A DNA stretch of 64,000 nucleotides. Origin: Methylophilus sp. Lineage in GTDB: Bacteria; Pseudomonadota; Gammaproteobacteria; Burkholderiales; Methylophilaceae. Positions 61,998 to 64,000 of this stretch are shown piece by piece. The stretch lies in contig JANRLR010000003.1 of NCBI GenBank assembly GCA_033762415.1, positions 39,009 through 103,008 on the forward strand. Reading direction: 5' to 3'. Position 1 is the stretch's first letter; the number at the start of each line of letters is the position of its first letter. The notes under the pieces are model-generated. The model saw nothing but the letters and a program-made list of their open reading frames with translations, searched no databases and was not told the origin of the DNA. The translations under genes and the position numbers were made by a program.

Positions 61998-62021
61998 GTT
62001 CCAAATTTAACACTTCATACC

Positions 62022-62035
62022 ACCCAAATGGGCTA
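62022..62035 (+). promoter_or_regulatory. Shared motif copy ACCCAAATGGGCTA
   Basis: About 105 bp upstream of PEP-CTERM gene 2. Confidence 0.45.
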
Positions 62036-62141
62036 TATCTAAACCAAATAAATTACTATTTAATTAGCTTATAGCACATAAGGTACAGTGTACTTTTTAT
62101 AACTTAACTACATTTTTATAACTGAATTTTGGTAGGTAGTC

Positions 62142-62672
62142 ATGAAGTTCAAGCTTTTTCTAGCTTCGCTTTTTTTGTTGGCATCATCTGCACAAGCCAA
62201 TACGATTAGTACAACCGTTTTCATCGATAATAGTGCGGGTGAGTCTGTGCAGTATGTAGACTTTAATGTAACTGACGCAGGGTTTTTTAACATCTACTCT
62301 TCTGAACCATTAATATCTGCTTTCACCGATCCACACGTATTGCTATTTTCTAACCCATTAACCAATGTCAACTTTATTACAGGTAACGATGATGGCGGTA
62401 CAGGTGACGACTCACTGATTGCCAGAAACTTAAATATTGGTAGTTATGTATTAGCTATTTCAAACAGCATCTTAACTGTCGATGAAGCAATTTCTGGCTA
62501 CAATCCAGATGTAAATTGGATCTCTGATGGCTTTATCAATGTGACAATTAGCTCTAGGGATGGTGTCGCAACTTTTGATAGCCCAGCTGCAGTACCTGTT
62601 CCTGCGGCAGCTTGGTTATTTGGCACTGGATTATTGAGTCTAGCTGGTCTAAGAAAACGTAAATCTGCTTAA
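62142..62672 (+). CDS. PEP-CTERM (VPLPA-type) surface protein 2, paralogue of gene 1
   Basis: Signal peptide, DPHVLLF...NDD...DSLIARNLNIGSYVLAIS, same sorting tail as gene 1. Confidence 0.9.
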   Translation: MKFKLFLASLFLLASSAQANTISTTVFIDNSAGESVQYVDFNVTDAGFFNIYSSEPLISAFTDPHVLLFSNPLTNVNFITGNDDGGTGDDSLIARNLNIGSYVLAISNSILTVDEAISGYNPDVNWISDGFINVTISSRDGVATFDSPAAVPVPAAAWLFGTGLLSLAGLRKRKSA

Positions 62673-62693
62673 TTTAAGACCTTGTTAAAATAT

Positions 62694-62721
62694 AAAAAGC
62701 CGCATATTTATGCGGCTTTTT
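62694..62721 (+). terminator. Intrinsic terminator
   Basis: AAAAAGCCGCATA-TT-TATGCGGCTTTTT. Confidence 0.85.
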
Positions 62722-62780
62722 ATTTCCAACTTTTATACACACTCCCTCTTCGCTAGATATTCATTAGATAATACTTGATA

Positions 62781-62809
62781 ATCTAAATGATAATGGTTAT
62801 CATTTAGAT
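62781..62809. promoter_or_regulatory. Fur box
   Basis: Perfect 13-bp inverted repeat ATCTAAATGATAA-TGG-TTATCATTTAGAT, with extra GATAAT hexamers upstream. Confidence 0.8.
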
Positions 62810-62843
62810 GTACATTCAATTTAACACTTATTAAGGAATTATC

Positions 62844-63755
62844 ATGCCCTCTCCTAGAAAGCATTTTATGCGCACACTTATTGCAGCGTCATGCATCAGC
62901 ATTACTGCACACGCAGATGAAAATTTGTTCGGTTATATCAAAGGTGCAGAAACACTCCCTATAGGTACCTTGGAGTTTGACCAGACCCTTACTTATAGAG
63001 CCGATAAAGACATCGGTGAATACAGCGCATGGGATTCAAAATCAGAAGTTGAATATGGAGTCACCGATCGATTCACAGCAGCGGCCTATTTAAAAATGCA
63101 ATCCATCAACACCAGTGGTATCGCTATAGATGCTTACATCCCTGGTGCAGAACAATACAACTTGAAGCCGTCAGGTCTTGAAGCTGAGCTAAAGTATAAC
63201 TTTTTAAGTCCCGCCAAAGATGATTTTGGTTTAGCAGGCATTGTCTCCATAAGCTATGACTGGCTAGATAAGCATTCTGGCTTAGATAAAGATCAATACT
63301 CGATTGAAACTATCCTCGCCGCGCAAAAATACTATCTAGAAGGTCAAATGATATGGGCAGGAAACCTAGGCATGGAAGCCACGTATGCGCATCGCGCGCC
63401 CTTGAGTGCAGATCGTGCAGCCAGCCTACCTGTTGATTTTGATTGGCCTACACACTCCGAAATGGAAATAGAACTCACAGCGGGCACAGGTATTACTTAT
63501 CGTTTTATCCCAAATTGGTTTATTGGTGCTGAGGCACAATACCAGACAGAATTTGAAACAGAAGTCGGGACAGAGCGCTGGTCGTTATTTGCAGGCCCAA
63601 CATTGCACTATGGTGGTCAGGACTGGTGGGCAACTGTCACCTGGTTCCAACAGCTGAAAGGTGGTGGCGAACGCTACAGCGGTCAAACGGAAGACCTGCA
63701 TTTAGTCGAAAAAACCAAACATGAGTTAAGACTCAAATTTGGTATTGATTTTTAA
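62844..63755 (+). CDS. Exported protein, probable outer-membrane beta-barrel (DUF6662-like)
   Basis: Signal peptide, ADENLFGYIKGAETLP, alternating beta-strand pattern, C-terminal GIDF; family name is from recall. Confidence 0.65.
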   Translation: MPSPRKHFMRTLIAASCISITAHADENLFGYIKGAETLPIGTLEFDQTLTYRADKDIGEYSAWDSKSEVEYGVTDRFTAAAYLKMQSINTSGIAIDAYIPGAEQYNLKPSGLEAELKYNFLSPAKDDFGLAGIVSISYDWLDKHSGLDKDQYSIETILAAQKYYLEGQMIWAGNLGMEATYAHRAPLSADRAASLPVDFDWPTHSEMEIELTAGTGITYRFIPNWFIGAEAQYQTEFETEVGTERWSLFAGPTLHYGGQDWWATVTWFQQLKGGGERYSGQTEDLHLVEKTKHELRLKFGIDF

Positions 63756-63764
63756 GGTATTCAC

Positions 63765-64000
63765 ATGAGTAACCACCCTTTTAATCCATACTGGATGATT
63801 GCAATTACCGCTATCTCTGCGCCAGCCTATGCGCAGGATTATCTAAACACACAACAAGCTCAGCAAGTGCTGTTTCCTGAGGCGGAGACGTTTATGCCAC
63901 TGTTAGTCAAGATTAACGAGCAGCAACGCGATGACATCAAAGCCATTTCAGGTGTACGCCAACGGTGGGACATTCAAAAAGTATGGAAAGTTGTGCAAAA
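63765..64000 (+). CDS. Exported FMN-binding-domain protein (5' part; runs off the right edge)
   Basis: Manual translation MSNHPFNPYWMIAITAISAPAYAQDYLNTQQAQQVLFPEA...; the YL..QAQ..LFP start recalls FMN_bind partners of DUF6662; the flavinylation motif is not inside the window. Confidence 0.5.
   Translation, partial: MSNHPFNPYWMIAITAISAPAYAQDYLNTQQAQQVLFPEAETFMPLLVKINEQQRDDIKAISGVRQRWDIQKVWKVVQ

Overview
64 kb of core chromosome from a betaproteobacterial methylotroph. H4MPT-linked fhcBADC, the protein sequences and the moderate-to-low GC point to Methylophilaceae (Methylotenera-like); this is an inference. Most of the window is housekeeping: hisZ-hflCKX-hfq-gltX, rimO, rluD/bamD, fhc, cysE-isc-hsc-fdx, lysS, ppc, prfB (programmed +1 frameshift), pstSCAB, glmM-folP-ftsH-rlmE, greA and carAB. 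I found no prophage, intact IS, CRISPR array, rRNA or tRNA. The most interesting signals are regulatory and visible in the DNA. (1) PhoB-type boxes with an 11-bp period, several exactly 10 bp upstream of a -10-like hexamer, lie in front of an OprO/P porin, pstS, and a three-gene module (GT4 glycosyltransferase, exported Zn-dependent phospholipase C/P1-family enzyme, PAP2 phosphatase). The module looks like a phosphate-starvation lipid-remodelling system that uses a Zn-PLC instead of the usual PlcP. (2) A 14-bp motif, ACCYAWWTGGGCTA, is shared upstream of two tandem PEP-CTERM (VPLPA-type) genes and a distant PilZ-like gene. (3) A flavin-binding PNPOx-family gene sits inside the fhc operon. (4) Several palindromic repeat families are packed into isc operon spacers. 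(5) A perfect Fur box precedes a putative outer-membrane/FMN-binding pair. All calls are from reading the sequence and recalled family knowledge; no searches were run.
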